NCBI GenBank assembly: GCA_965226885.1
Contig: CBDDEL010000009.1
Coordinates: forward strand, 96,001-160,000
Direction: 5' to 3'
From: Opitutales bacterium
Lineage (GTDB): Bacteria; Verrucomicrobiota; Verrucomicrobiia; Opitutales; UBA2987
DNA: 64,000 nucleotides
A program made the position numbers and the translations under genes. Shown here in pieces: positions 30,695 through 42,354 of this stretch (its first letter is position 1; every line of letters begins with the position of its first letter). The notes below the pieces were generated by a model. That model saw nothing but the letters and a program-made list of their open reading frames with translations, was not told the origin of the DNA and did no database searches.

Positions 30695-31948
30695 ATGGAC
30701 CAGCATTCCCCCAACCACCGAGTGGTCATCACAGGAATCGGGGTTGTCACCTCTCTTGGTAACAATATCGAATCCTTTTGGACCAGCCTTCTGGCCGGTC
30801 GATGCGGCATCGACCGGGTGGGCCGGTTCGACCCTTCGGAATTTACCTGTCAATTAAGCGCCGAAGCGCGGGATTTCGATCCCCTTCAGTATATGGACGC
30901 CAAGGAAGTGCGGCGTAACGATCGTTACACCCAACTGGCTTTGGGCGCCGCCAAGGAAGCAATCAAAGACGGCAGCCTGGACGTGACAAGGCTGGATAAA
31001 ACTCGTTTCGGCGTGCTCATGGGGTCGGGAATCGGCGGGATGGAGACCTTCGAGATACAATACGACCGGCTCACCAAGTTAGGGCCGCGCAAAGTCTCAC
31101 CCTTTACCATTCCATCGCTCATTGCCAATATCGCTTCCGGGGTGGTGGCCATCGAACTGGGCGCCAAGGGCCCCAATTTCGGGCTCGTAAGCGCTTGCTC
31201 CACCTCCGCCCATTCCATCGGCGAAGCCCTTCGCATGATTCGTTATGGCGATGCCGACATCATGTTGGCGGGCGGCAGCGAAGCCTCTATCACCCGGTTG
31301 AGCTTCGCCGGTTTTTGCTCCATGAAAGCCATGAGCACGAGCCGCAATGACGACCCCAAACGCGCCAGTCGGCCCTTTGACAAAACACGCGACGGATTTA
31401 TCATGGGCGAAGGCGCCGGTGCCGTCATTATCGAATCAGAGGAGCATGCCCGGGCTCGCGGCGCTCATATCTATTGCGAGTTGGCTGGATACTCAGCTAC
31501 CTGCGACGCTTACCACATTACTTCTCCTGATCCTACGGGAGAGGGATTGGCCCTTTGCCTCAATAACTCTTTAAAAGATGCCGGCCTGGCCGCCCACGAG
31601 ATCGACTATATAAACGCTCACGGCACCTCCACCCAATTGAATGACAAAACCGAAACTAGCGCGGTTAAAGAAGTGTTTGGGGACCATGCCCGCAAGCTGC
31701 TCATTAGTTCGACAAAATCCATGACCGGGCACCTTCTGGGAGCGGCCGGGGCCATCGAGGTGGCCGCCTGCATCAAGGTCATTGAAACGGGCGAAGTTCC
31801 TCCCACCATCAATTACGAAGTCCCCGACGAGAATTGTGATTTAAATTACGTGCCCAACAAAAAGACATCGGCCAATGTCAGGGTTGCCATGACCAATAGT
31901 CTTGGATTCGGCGGCCACAATGCCAGTATAATTTTAAAGGCTTTGTAG
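30695..31948 (+). CDS. fabF: 3-oxoacyl-ACP synthase II
   Basis: SACST, NAHGTST, KSMTGHLLGAAG, NSLGFGGHN. Confidence 0.95.
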   Translation: MDQHSPNHRVVITGIGVVTSLGNNIESFWTSLLAGRCGIDRVGRFDPSEFTCQLSAEARDFDPLQYMDAKEVRRNDRYTQLALGAAKEAIKDGSLDVTRLDKTRFGVLMGSGIGGMETFEIQYDRLTKLGPRKVSPFTIPSLIANIASGVVAIELGAKGPNFGLVSACSTSAHSIGEALRMIRYGDADIMLAGGSEASITRLSFAGFCSMKAMSTSRNDDPKRASRPFDKTRDGFIMGEGAGAVIIESEEHARARGAHIYCELAGYSATCDAYHITSPDPTGEGLALCLNNSLKDAGLAAHEIDYINAHGTSTQLNDKTETSAVKEVFGDHARKLLISSTKSMTGHLLGAAGAIEVAACIKVIETGEVPPTINYEVPDENCDLNYVPNKKTSANVRVAMTNSLGFGGHNASIILKAL

Positions 31949-31998
31949 AGAACCGACAGGGGGGCAATTTCCTGGCCGGGAAAATTCGGAAACGGCTG

Positions 31999-32394
31999 AT
32001 GGCGCAAAAAATCGGTGGAAAAAAACTCTGGCGGCGTCTGGTGCTAGTCGCCGATGATGAAGTCCGTAGAGCACTCCAGGCTTTGCCTGCTAAATTGCGG
32101 CAAACAAGCGAGAAAATTCCCTGTGTCTATGAGCCCTATCCAAATCCTGATTTGCAGGCTGAAGGAGTCGAGCGCGACATTCTTGGCCTCTTTGTGGGCG
32201 AAGCATTTCCGGATTCAGGATGCGATTTGCTTCCTCTGCCGCCCCAAATATTGCTATTTCTGGATAATATCTGGGACTACTCCGGTCACAATATGCGAAA
32301 CTACCGCCATGAGGTGACCCAAACCTACCTCCATGAATTAGGGCATTATGTCGGTTTCGATGAGGTGGATCTGGAGAGACGGGGAATGGATTGA
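31999..32394 (+). CDS. Zincin_1-family minimal metallopeptidase
   Basis: DILGLFVG...P.QILLF...TYLHELGHYVGFDE. Confidence 0.75.
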   Translation: MAQKIGGKKLWRRLVLVADDEVRRALQALPAKLRQTSEKIPCVYEPYPNPDLQAEGVERDILGLFVGEAFPDSGCDLLPLPPQILLFLDNIWDYSGHNMRNYRHEVTQTYLHELGHYVGFDEVDLERRGMD

Positions 32395-32426
32395 CTGGCG
32401 GTCTTGATTAGCTGACCAAGCCTCAC

Positions 32427-33830
32427 CTAAAGCGAATGAATGGATGCCTTGTCCACTGCGAGGGCGGCCTCTTTAAGGGCTTCCGAGAGTGTGGGGTGGG
32501 CGTGGACCGTCCGGGCCAAATCTTCGGCGCTGCCCCCGTATTCCATGTGAGCCACCGCCGCGGCGATTAATTCGGAAGCGTTTTTGGCCAGGATTTGCAC
32601 CCCGAGGAGCCGATCCGTTTGCGCATCGGCAATCACTTTGACAAATCCATCCTGGGCATCCGTGGCGATGGCCCGGCCATTGGCGGCAAGGGAAAATTTG
32701 CCTACTTTGATGGCGGTATTGTTTTCCTTGGCTTCAGTTTCCGTAATTCCCACACCGGCGATTTCCGGCTCGGTGTAGATGACATTGGGGATTGTCTGGT
32801 AATTTACCTCGCCGTGCCGTCCCGCAATGATTTCCGCCACCGCCACGCCTTCTTCTTCCGCTTTGTGGGCCAACATGGGTCCCTCAATGGTATCGCCGAT
32901 GGCAAATATGCCAGGTGCGGAGGTTCGAAAACCGGTATCGGTTTTAATAAAACCTTGGGTCGTGGTCTCGACTCCAGCCTCCTTCAGGCCGAGGCCCTCA
33001 TGGAATGGTTTTCGGCCCACGCAAATGAGAACCTTGTCCGCTTCGTATTTCGAAATGGCGCCTTTTTTCTCAACCAGAACCAAAGTAATGCCATCTCTCT
33101 TTTCGAGTCCGGTGACTTTGGCCGAAGTGTTAATGGACATGCCCTGTTTCTTGAAGAAACGCATGGCTCTTTTGGATATGTCGGGATCGAAAGTGGGGGC
33201 GATGTTGGGAAGAAATTCAATTATCGAAACTTCGCTCCCCAGGCGATTCCAGACAGACCCTAGTTCCAGCCCGATGGCTCCTCCGCCCACTACGACGAGT
33301 TTTTCGGGGATTTTGTCAAAAGCGATGGCCTGGTCGCTGGAGACAACCGTTTTCCCGTCGAATTTGAGAAAGGGCAATTCGACGATCTTCGACCCGGTTG
33401 CCAGGACAATATTTTTAGCCTCGATTTTCTCCGTCCCGCTTTCGGACTGCACCTCGATGGCTCCCTCTCCGGTCAGCCGCCCGAATCCTTTAAAAATTTC
33501 AATTTTGCGACCCTTGACGAGCGCTTCCACCCCTTTACGCAGTCGGTTGACCACTCCATCTTTTTTTTCCATCAACTTTTTCAGGTCGATGGAAACCGGA
33601 CCGGTCTCAATGCCGTGGGATCTGACAGTCTCGACCGTTTGGTGGTAAACCTCCGTCGAGTGCAGCAGGGCCTTGCTGGGGATGCAGCCGACATTCATGC
33701 AGGTTCCTCCAAGGTAGGGGTCTTTCTCCACCAAAGCGGTTTTCAAACCAAGTTGGGCGGCCCGTATTGCGCAGACGTATCCCCCGGGGCCCGAACCGAT
33801 CACGGTTAGATCAAAATTAGATTCCTTCAT
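32427..33830 (-). CDS. lpdA: Dihydrolipoyl dehydrogenase
   Basis: [27 protein letters not shown]. Confidence 0.95.
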   Translation of the reverse strand: MKESNFDLTVIGSGPGGYVCAIRAAQLGLKTALVEKDPYLGGTCMNVGCIPSKALLHSTEVYHQTVETVRSHGIETGPVSIDLKKLMEKKDGVVNRLRKGVEALVKGRKIEIFKGFGRLTGEGAIEVQSESGTEKIEAKNIVLATGSKIVELPFLKFDGKTVVSSDQAIAFDKIPEKLVVVGGGAIGLELGSVWNRLGSEVSIIEFLPNIAPTFDPDISKRAMRFFKKQGMSINTSAKVTGLEKRDGITLVLVEKKGAISKYEADKVLICVGRKPFHEGLGLKEAGVETTTQGFIKTDTGFRTSAPGIFAIGDTIEGPMLAHKAEEEGVAVAEIIAGRHGEVNYQTIPNVIYTEPEIAGVGITETEAKENNTAIKVGKFSLAANGRAIATDAQDGFVKVIADAQTDRLLGVQILAKNASELIAAAVAHMEYGGSAEDLARTVHAHPTLSEALKEAALAVDKASIHSL

Positions 33831-33833
33831 ACT

Positions 33834-35081
33834 CTAAATTTCGAGGAGAAGCCGGGACGGGTTTTCGATGGCTTCTTTTATTTTGACCAGAAATGTGACC
33901 GCTTCGCTCCCGTCCACCAAGCGATGGTCGTAGGAAAGGGCCAGGTACATCATCGGCCTGGCCACTACTTGCCCATCGACAACCACCGGTCTCATCTTGA
34001 TGGTGTGCATTCCGAGAATACCGCTTTGCGGCTGGTTGAGGATGGGCGTGGAAAGCAGGGAGCCGAAGATGCCCCCATTGGTTATGGTGAAAACACCCCC
34101 TTGCAAATCGTCGATCGACATCCTGCCCTCGCGCGCTTTTCTGGCATAGTTGACGATGCTGGTTTCGATCTCCGCATATGAAAGCGCATCGGCATTTCTC
34201 ACCACCGGCACGAGCAATCCCTTGGGGGTGCTGACCGCCACGCCAATATCGTAATAATGGTTTTGCACAATTTCATCCCCATCGATTTGCGCATTGATGG
34301 CGGGCACTTCCTGCAAGGCCTTGACGGTCGCTTTGAGAAAAAAGGACATGAAGCCGAGCTTTACCCCGTGTTTGGCCACGAAGGCTTCCTGATGCGTTTT
34401 GCGCAGGGCCATAACCTCACTCATGTCCGCCTCGTTGAAGGTCGAAAGGATGGCCGCGGAATGCTGCGCAGCTACCAGGCGTTCGGCAATCCTCCGGCGC
34501 AGCCGGGTCATTTTCTTGCGGGTGACTTTGGGCGAATCGCCTGCCACCGCCGCTGGCTGCATTTGGGGTTGCGCCGGAGTTGGGGCCGGTGCGGGGCTTT
34601 TCGGTTTTATCCGTTTGGTTTCCTTTAAAATATCTCCCTTGGTCACGCGGCCGCCCTTGCCGGTTCCTGAGATCGTGGCCAGGTCTATACCTGTTTCCGC
34701 CGCCAAATGGCGGACTGCCGGAGATTTAATGGGGCTCTTTTTATGCGGTTCTATTTGTGTTTTAATGGGTTCCGGTGGGGGGGCGGCAATTTCCTTCTCA
34801 GCTTCCGGCGATGGTTCGCTTTTGCTGGTTTCCATGGAGGCTTTCACGGAATCGTCGATCAGAGCGATGATTTGCCCAATCTCGACTTCTTCCCCTTCCT
34901 TGGCCTGCAAGGAAATCCGCCCGTTGCAATCGGCCAATCCCTCGGAGGTGATTTTATCGGTTTCCAACTCATAAATGGCCTGGTCGGTTTCAACCTGGTC
35001 ACCATCTTTGACATGCCAAGCCGAGAGAAGACCCGATGTGATGCTTTCCCCGAGGGTTGGAATTTTAACCTCAATTACCAT
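33834..35081 (-). CDS. sucB: Dihydrolipoamide succinyltransferase (E2)
   Basis: Lipoyl ETDK, E3-binding [10 protein letters not shown], catalytic YDHRLVDG. Confidence 0.93.
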   Translation of the reverse strand: MVIEVKIPTLGESITSGLLSAWHVKDGDQVETDQAIYELETDKITSEGLADCNGRISLQAKEGEEVEIGQIIALIDDSVKASMETSKSEPSPEAEKEIAAPPPEPIKTQIEPHKKSPIKSPAVRHLAAETGIDLATISGTGKGGRVTKGDILKETKRIKPKSPAPAPTPAQPQMQPAAVAGDSPKVTRKKMTRLRRRIAERLVAAQHSAAILSTFNEADMSEVMALRKTHQEAFVAKHGVKLGFMSFFLKATVKALQEVPAINAQIDGDEIVQNHYYDIGVAVSTPKGLLVPVVRNADALSYAEIETSIVNYARKAREGRMSIDDLQGGVFTITNGGIFGSLLSTPILNQPQSGILGMHTIKMRPVVVDGQVVARPMMYLALSYDHRLVDGSEAVTFLVKIKEAIENPSRLLLEI

Positions 35082-35147
35082 TAAATCGTAGTTTTTAGCA
35101 GATATTCATCCCGATGCAAGCCGTTGGTTGCACCCGAATGGCATGGA

Positions 35148-36374
35148 TTAAACTCCGGATTCTTTCTCTATAATAATTTCCCTCTCCGTATTTTGAGCCG
35201 GTTTTCGGGACCATTGCAGCTTGGGTCGGCAGAAATACCAGACCAGAAATATGAACATCCCGGCCACCGGATGCCATGCTTGCAGGCCAACTGCCTGGGT
35301 GGGTGCCGCCAGCCATGACATGGCCGGTAGACTGCCGATATTGGCGGGCGATGTGGCCAGAAAAATTGTGGCCAGATAAATATACCAACGCATGGCCGGA
35401 TTTTTCCGGAATACGATACATGAGACCATTGGGATGGCCAGGTATTGCTCGACCAGGGCGCTGGAGGTCACACATACGGCGACCAGATAAATGAGGCAGC
35501 TCTCCAGCGGAGATTTATTTTTCAAGAGCAGGCCAAGCGAAGCCAGGGTAATGATCCAGATCAGCTTGAATCCCGAAAAAATTGGAAGAATGGAAAATGC
35601 TTTTTCAAAGAACTTCACCGGAAAAAACAAATCAATGAGTTGTGGATAAAAGCCGCTCATGTGGGTGGAGCTATAACCGGTGAAAATGAACTTTACCCTG
35701 TCGAAGGCGGCAGGATTTGCTATGACAAAAGGAATAAACGATATTAAAAAAATGAAGGCCGGGACAAAAAATAATATAAGTCTTTCACGTAAATTCAGGC
35801 TTTTGTTGAATAAAAACCAAACGGGAATAAGGAAAAAAATATGCTTAACCGAAAGCGACAGCGCAAGGAGTCCCACTCCCGCCCAGAATTTGAACTGCCG
35901 GTTTTTGCCTCCGGCAGCAAGCAGCCCGCATGCCATGATTCCGGGAAGAATAGCCAGATTTTCGATTTGTGAATGATAGCCGGTTAATAAAAGGGAAACC
36001 GGATTTATGAGGAAGAGGCAACCAGCGGCGAAGGAAAAATAACGCCACAGGGCAAAACCTATAGCGATGTCCGCCAGAGATAAAAACAGGGCGAGCAAAA
36101 GATGGAAATTTTGTATGGAAACGTCATTCAAAAGAGATAATTGAAGGAACCGGATCGCGCCCAGCAAATAGGCCCAAACGGGTCCGTAAACATGTCTCGC
36201 CGTCTCAGCGTAGAAATTCTTTCCCTCTACTACCAGGTCGGATACTATGTAAAATGACTGCACATCGTAATTGTAGCCCAAAAGGGATATGCCTGCCTTG
36301 GCAGCGGTTGCGGCAATTGCAAGCAATGAAAAGACAGTCCACTTATTGGAAAAAATTGAAGGCTCTGGCGTCAT
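35148..36374 (-). CDS. Polytopic membrane protein, GT-C/GT87-like glycosyltransferase
   Basis: About 10-11 hydrophobic segments; YDV...YGP, NP...GYHSQIE pattern; follows GT2 and methyltransferase genes. Confidence 0.55.
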   Translation of the reverse strand: MTPEPSIFSNKWTVFSLLAIAATAAKAGISLLGYNYDVQSFYIVSDLVVEGKNFYAETARHVYGPVWAYLLGAIRFLQLSLLNDVSIQNFHLLLALFLSLADIAIGFALWRYFSFAAGCLFLINPVSLLLTGYHSQIENLAILPGIMACGLLAAGGKNRQFKFWAGVGLLALSLSVKHIFFLIPVWFLFNKSLNLRERLILFFVPAFIFLISFIPFVIANPAAFDRVKFIFTGYSSTHMSGFYPQLIDLFFPVKFFEKAFSILPIFSGFKLIWIITLASLGLLLKNKSPLESCLIYLVAVCVTSSALVEQYLAIPMVSCIVFRKNPAMRWYIYLATIFLATSPANIGSLPAMSWLAAPTQAVGLQAWHPVAGMFIFLVWYFCRPKLQWSRKPAQNTEREIIIEKESGV

Positions 36375-36451
36375 TTATGTTTCTATTCGCTTGAACGTTT
36401 CCAGTGCGCGCTTGAACGTTTCCAGTGCGGAAACCGCGAATCATCTTAATT

Positions 36452-37177
36452 TTATATTTTCTGCCAAATGGCAACTATGGTTTTTCCGAATCGATAAAAA
36501 AACACTTTGTCAAAAATACGGGATAACGGCACCAAAAATCGATCCCAGATTAGAATTTGCCTGATTGTCGGCAACGACTGTCTCAATAAAAATCGATTCG
36601 CGAACGAGGCAAGCATACCGAACATATCCAGATAAAACACTTTTTCACAGAAAACCCCATCAGGTTTCAGGTTAGACAGTGATTTTTGGTTATAGCGCCG
36701 AAAATGACCGATTGCCCGGTCAAATTCTGTATAGAAAAAATCGTGGGCCGGCGCTAGCACTACTAATTTTCCACCGGAATTCAAATGAGAAGCAGCTTCA
36801 ATCAATTCTGCGGCATCATTCTCTATATGCTCAAGCACATCGATATATAAAATTGCATCGAATTTATCATTGGATTCCAAATCCTTTAGTGTTCCTGTCC
36901 TAACCTTTACGCCATCAAGGGCGGGATCGCTGAAAATCTTTTTTTTTAATTCATTTGCCAGATTGGAATCCGGTTCCATGGCTAACCATGAGGATTGATT
37001 CTCATTTTTTAATATTCGTGTTGTATTTCCCAAACCGGCGCCAACTTCTAGAGTATCTCCTTGTATTGCGTAAGATATAGTTGCTCGAAAATAGGACTTC
37101 CAATTTAATGCATGCTTAAAAACTTCAAGTTCTTTCCCGATATAGTTATAACTATCATCAGAGCTATCTTTAAGCAT
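36452..37177 (-). CDS. Class I SAM-dependent methyltransferase
   Basis: LEVGAGLG, DVLEHIEND, GHFRRY. Confidence 0.85.
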   Translation of the reverse strand: MLKDSSDDSYNYIGKELEVFKHALNWKSYFRATISYAIQGDTLEVGAGLGNTTRILKNENQSSWLAMEPDSNLANELKKKIFSDPALDGVKVRTGTLKDLESNDKFDAILYIDVLEHIENDAAELIEAASHLNSGGKLVVLAPAHDFFYTEFDRAIGHFRRYNQKSLSNLKPDGVFCEKVFYLDMFGMLASFANRFLLRQSLPTIRQILIWDRFLVPLSRIFDKVFFYRFGKTIVAIWQKI

Positions 37178-38174
37178 TCTCTTCCGCCCCCTCGAAAATT
37201 GTTCTACAATCAGCAATATAATCCGTATGATCCCTTGAGGGCATAAACAAAGATGATGAGCGATTGTTCAATATGAATAGTGTCATAATGCCGGCCAGTT
37301 GGATTGCCTGCAGGGAAAATACGATGAGTATAGCTGTTAGTATCGATGCCCATCCAGGGATTGCCAGTTGCGTCAACAACCTGATTCCGATTATAACAAT
37401 AATTGCCATAAATGACAGGAGGGTCATTATACCCGACCCTATTAGCACGCGGACTCCCACAACATCGGCATGAACGGCATAGGCGCTAAGACCGTGTATG
37501 ACAAGGGATTCGAAATTCATTTTGGAATGACCGGCTATTCGTTTGGATCGGCTTATCGGGAGCATGGTATAGGGGATGCGATTTTTGATTACTGTGGCTG
37601 TAAAATGATTCCATAAATCAGAAGATGCGACCACTCGCTGCAGCAGCACTCTTGGTATTATGCAGAAATTGCCTATTTTTATCGATTTCCCCAAAAGCAG
37701 TAAATGGAGGAAGCGATAGATTTGATAAAAAAACTTAAATATAAACGGTTCCGATCTTTTTGATCTTTCCGCGAATACAATCTTCTTTCTTCCTTCTTTT
37801 TGCAGGCGCTCTATTAATTGCTGGATGTGCGTTGGAGAATCTTCTCCGTCACCATCCATTATTAACACTGCATCGGATTTACCGCTGGATTCTATATAGG
37901 ATAATCCGATGGCGATTGCCCTTTGATGCCCCAGGTTTCTCTTAAGGTTTAATAATTCGATCTTATTAATAATATCCGGTTCGTAATTAATTATGCTATC
38001 ATCGGCGTCGATTGTTGAACAATCATTAACGATGAGTATGCTGCATCGATAATTTTTGTCTTTCAAATTGTGATCAATCGATTTTAACAATTCTCGAATC
38101 GAATCCCAGTCGTTATAAACCGGAATCATAATTACAATGTTCTGCAATTTTTCCTCTGTCTTACTTTTTGTCAT
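37170..38174 (-). CDS. GT2 polyprenol-phosphate glycosyltransferase-like protein
   Basis: IPVYND, VNDCS, NLGHQRAI, MDGDGED, two C-terminal TM helices. Confidence 0.85.
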   Translation of the reverse strand: MTKSKTEEKLQNIVIMIPVYNDWDSIRELLKSIDHNLKDKNYRCSILIVNDCSTIDADDSIINYEPDIINKIELLNLKRNLGHQRAIAIGLSYIESSGKSDAVLIMDGDGEDSPTHIQQLIERLQKEGRKKIVFAERSKRSEPFIFKFFYQIYRFLHLLLLGKSIKIGNFCIIPRVLLQRVVASSDLWNHFTATVIKNRIPYTMLPISRSKRIAGHSKMNFESLVIHGLSAYAVHADVVGVRVLIGSGIMTLLSFMAIIVIIGIRLLTQLAIPGWASILTAILIVFSLQAIQLAGIMTLFILNNRSSSLFMPSRDHTDYIADCRTIFEGAEENA

Positions 38175-38217
38175 AGTAATTTAAGGATCGTCCCGTAAAA
38201 AACGGCATCCAAATTTC

Positions 38218-39019
38218 GGTAGTGTATAAAAAAAGAATGTTATTTTGTATTTTTAGCTGTACAAATAGCGTTAGGCAGTTTATTTTTAGTGCATGGTTAC
38301 TAAAATTATTAATTGTCGGCACTGTGGAAGTGAAAATATCATTAAATTTGGCAAGACGCCCAACCATAAACAGCGCTACCGCTGCCATGATTGTGGTGAA
38401 CAAAGCCGCGAAAACCCCACAGTGAAATACACCGAAGAGCAAAAAGAAATGATCCTTCGAGTCTATCAGGAACGCAGCAGTCTACGCGGTTTACAGCGCG
38501 CCTTCGGGGTGAGTCCCAACACCGTTTTGAGTTGGTTAAAAAAAACGACAATCGCTGCGACCGCTCAAAAGCACGATTCTTGCGGCCCGCCGCCATGATG
38601 TCATTGAACTGGACGAACTGTGGTCTTTTGTGGGGCGCAAGAGCGATGCCCAATGGGTTTGGATCGCTCTTTGCCGACGCACCCGTCAAATCCTCTCCTA
38701 TGCCATTGGGCCTCGGGATTGGTATCGTTGCCGGGAACTTTACGAGCGTCTGCCACGGGCCTACAAAAGATGTGCCACCTACAGCGACTTTTGGAGCACT
38801 TATGATGAAGTCTTTCCTCATAACCGATCCGTGGGAAAAGAAACCGGTGAAACGGCCCATGTGGAACGATGGAACAATACCCTGCGCCAACGACTGGGTC
38901 GTTTCACACGCAAAACCCTCTCCTTTTCCAAGCTTAAGAGTATGCATGAAACCTGTCTGAGACTTTTCATTCATCAATATAATCAAGAATTAGCCACCAT
39001 TCCTACTTAATACACTACC
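38218..39019 (+). mobile_element. IS1-family element, copy 2 (insA 38293-38598, insB to 39010)
   Basis: 802 bp, near-identical to 27372-28173; no target duplication. Confidence 0.93.
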
Positions 39020-39369
39020 CATTCACGGACACTGAGTTGAAATAGGCCGAAACATTCGCAATCGCCAGCCCATTCGCAACCGAGTCGGCAAAGGGCGTCA
39101 GGTCGATGAGGGTGTATAGATCTGCGCCAGTCCCAGAATTGGCACGGGCCATTTGGCTGCCTTCAAAGGGGACAATGCCGTTCTCAGCCGATGAGATTAT
39201 ATAGGAGTCGATTCCCCAACCAGTAAGGAGGTTTGGAGTTATCGTAATGCCGGTGCTTAAATCCGTACCCGGCGAAAGGTTTTCAAATCCCGGATCCGCC
39301 ACATCGGCGGTGGCGGGTAATACGCCGAAAAACAGCATGCCAGAAAGCCAAATTACCTGCTTGATCATA
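39020..39369 (-). pseudogene. Secreted protein truncated at its 3' end by IS1
   Basis: Signal peptide MIKQVIWLSGMLFFGVLPATA then DPGFE...; frame runs into the IS1 end. Confidence 0.6.
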
Positions 39370-39636
39370 TGGTTCTGTAGATTATCAGGATTTCCCATAT
39401 AATGGGTATGAATCATTGAAATTATCGGCCTTTAAAAACGCTTTGGCAATTTTTTTTGTATCAGCTGGTTAATTATTGCCCTTCCGCCCTTTCTGGACAA
39501 GTTCCGGCAACAGGAAGCAGAACTTCAAAAAGCTGATAATTCAGACGAACCAGGCGATGTAAACAAGGTATATTGGCGTAAGGTTCATTCCACCAAGCAA
39601 AATCACTTATGGAATTAGCCGCCAGATCACTCTTTG

Positions 39637-40503
39637 TCAGGTCGCTAAAGTCGATCGTTTCAATTCAAGCTGGCTCTGGTAGATCGAACCTTGTCTCAGC
39701 GCCGGAGGCAGAGGGATGCGAATGGGCACCTCTGAAAGGCGGGGTCGGTAGTTCGGCATGCCCCGCAAAATACTGCCATTGAAGGTTTTGATGAAATCAT
39801 CCCACTTGGCGTGTATCATCAAAGGCCAGGCATCGACCGCACAATACATTAAAAGCAAAAGACGACGTGGTTTATCCGAAGTGTTGGGCATGGATGCGTG
39901 AAGCACGCGGACGTGATGGATCGATATATCACCTGCCTCGAGTACCACGGGCACAGCCCCGCCGGAGACAAATTCCGGCTCAGTCACGGCCCCCACAAAA
40001 TGGCCGTCCTGGTGATGGTCGAGTATTCTCCCTTTGTGAGTACCGGGTAGGACGAGGAGACAGCCGTTCTCTTGGTTGGCGTCATCAAGGGCGACTCCGA
40101 CAGCCAAAAGGTCGTCGTTGGTATGAGGGTGAAATGCCCAGTCCTGATGCCACTCCACCGGACTGCCGCCCTGGGGCAATTTCATATTTAATTTTTGACC
40201 ATTGCATCGAATCGAGGAGCCTATGAGTTGAGCGACGATATCGAGAATCTTGTCATGCCTTAAAGTCTTATCGTAAACAGGATGTTGGTCGGCGGGATTC
40301 TTCAACCGGCGAAGACGGGGATTTTCGGGGGAATGGGATGGCTCCAGATCAAAAACATCGTCGTTGGAGGTCACGCCGGCCGACTTTTCCACGAACTCAT
40401 CTGTCACCGAGCGTAGTTCCGCCACCTCCTCCGCGTTCAACACCTTTTTGACCACAAGGTAACCGTTATCATAATAATATTCTACTTGAGTATCGGTTAA
40501 CAT
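39637..40503 (-). CDS. Phytanoyl-CoA dioxygenase (PhyH) family Fe(II)/2OG dioxygenase
   Basis: WHQD, ENGCLLVLPGTH, HAS.PN.S..PRR. Confidence 0.88.
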   Translation of the reverse strand: MLTDTQVEYYYDNGYLVVKKVLNAEEVAELRSVTDEFVEKSAGVTSNDDVFDLEPSHSPENPRLRRLKNPADQHPVYDKTLRHDKILDIVAQLIGSSIRCNGQKLNMKLPQGGSPVEWHQDWAFHPHTNDDLLAVGVALDDANQENGCLLVLPGTHKGRILDHHQDGHFVGAVTEPEFVSGGAVPVVLEAGDISIHHVRVLHASMPNTSDKPRRLLLLMYCAVDAWPLMIHAKWDDFIKTFNGSILRGMPNYRPRLSEVPIRIPLPPALRQGSIYQSQLELKRSTLAT

Positions 40504-40537
40504 TTTTCGAATTTCCAAATCTTGTTCGCTGCTTTAG

Positions 40538-42104
40538 CCCGGATATTTCGTAAAAAAAGTATCGTTGATATGCTTAACTGCTGATATACAGCAGGATAGA
40601 TCAATAATTAAAGCAATATCAGCGATGACAAAAGGTAAACAATTAAAGCTACAGTTGACAAGGGTAAAAGGCCGCCGTGTGCGGGTTGATTTCAAGGGCG
40701 GAGAGGTTACTTCGGATGCCGGACTGCTTTTGATCCGGGAAGTGGATCGGCAGTTGGGCTTGACCGAACGAGCGGCCCGACAGTTAGTGGACAAACGGCA
40801 GAAGGGCAAAGTACGCCATGAGGTATTGGGGATGCTGCGGCAGCGCGTTTACGGGCTGGTGGCGGGCTATGAGGATTTGAACGACTTTGATACCCTGCGC
40901 CACGATCCATTGTTGCAAACGGTAACGGGGCGCATTGAAACGTTGGCCAGCGCGCCGACTTTGTGTCGTTTTGAAAACGGGCAGGATCGGCGGGCGGCCT
41001 TTGCGGTAAACGAGCTGTTGGTCGAACAGTTCATGGGCTCCTTTGCCGAGGAACCCGAAGAGATCATCCTGGACTTTGACGCCACCGACAATCCGGTGCA
41101 CGGGCTCCAGGAGGGACGTTTTTTCCACGGTTATTATGATCATTACTGTTTTCTGCCGCTATATGTTTTTTGCGGTGATCAGCTGCTGGTGGCCTACCTG
41201 CGGCCGAGCAAGATCGATGCCAGCAAGCATGCCGGGGCCATCCTCAAATTGCTGGTTAAACGGATTCGCCAAAGCTGGCCCCGTACGCGGATTATTTGGC
41301 GCGCCGACAGTGGATTTTGTCGAGACCGGATACTCTCTTGGTGCGACCGCAACGAAGTTAGTTACATCGTGGGGATGGCTCGCAATGCACGCTTGCAGCA
41401 AGACGCCCAGCAGTTGCAAAAGCAGGCCAAAGAATGGTTCGAACTAAGGGGTAAAAAACAACGGTTATTCCAGGACTTCGTCTATGCTGCCGATTCGTGG
41501 CGATGGCTGCGGTTGGTCATCCATAAAGCCGAACACACCGCACAGGGGTCCAACCCGCGCTTCGTGGTGACGAACCTGCCGGGCGATCCCCAGGAGCTTT
41601 ACGACAAGGTATACTGTGGCCGCGGTGAGATGGAGAACCGGATCAAGGAACAGATGCAATTGTTCAGCGAACGCACCAGCGCGCATAAATGGTGGGCCAA
41701 CCAGTGGCGATTGCTCTTGTCGGGGCTGGCCTACACCTTGATGGAAGCCTTGCGCCGGTTCGCATTAAAAGGGACGAAGTGGGCGCGGCTCCAATGCCAC
41801 AGTCTACGGCTAAAATTAATCAAGATCGGAGCGGTCATCGTGCGCAACACCCGAACGATTCACTTTCATCTAAGTGAAAGTTATCCATGGGCCAGTCTTT
41901 TCAACCATGCGGCCCGCCGGTTGGTGCCAACCTAAAGGGCGCATTGGTGCTGCCCCCGGCACTACCGAACCAATGGGGGAAAGGGGGCAGTGTCTCTACA
42001 CCCTGAAAAACACCTAAAAATCAAGACGATCTGCTCAAAATACAAAGAAATCCATCTCCAATAGCAATAACGAGCCAAACTTTACCCTTCATGAAATATC
42101 CGGG
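40538..42104 (+). mobile_element. IS1380-family element (transposase 40625-41935)
   Basis: CCCGGATATTTC / GAAATATCCGGG ends; TSDAG, LDFDATD, RADSGF, RGEMENRIKE. Confidence 0.92.
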
Positions 42105-42354
42105 CTAGCATTATGCAGCCTGATGTTGGCCTGATTGAGATCGAAGGTCATCTTGTTAAAGGCATGTGCCAGGTCGCCCAATTCATCCTTTGATCGGACA
42201 TCAATGCAGTGCTCCAGATTGCCCTGTGCGAACTCCTCTGTTCCTACGATTAGAGAATCGATGCCGCTTGTAATTACCTTTCGCATCCTGCGGCTGAGCA
42301 TGAACGAGATCGCCACGGTCAGAAGTCCTATAACCATAATGACGACCATAGTTA
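42105..42354 (-). pseudogene. TM-HAMP fragment of a sensor protein, cut at both ends by IS elements
   Basis: ...GNLEHCIDVRSKDELGDLAHAFNKMTFDL HAMP motif. Confidence 0.75.
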
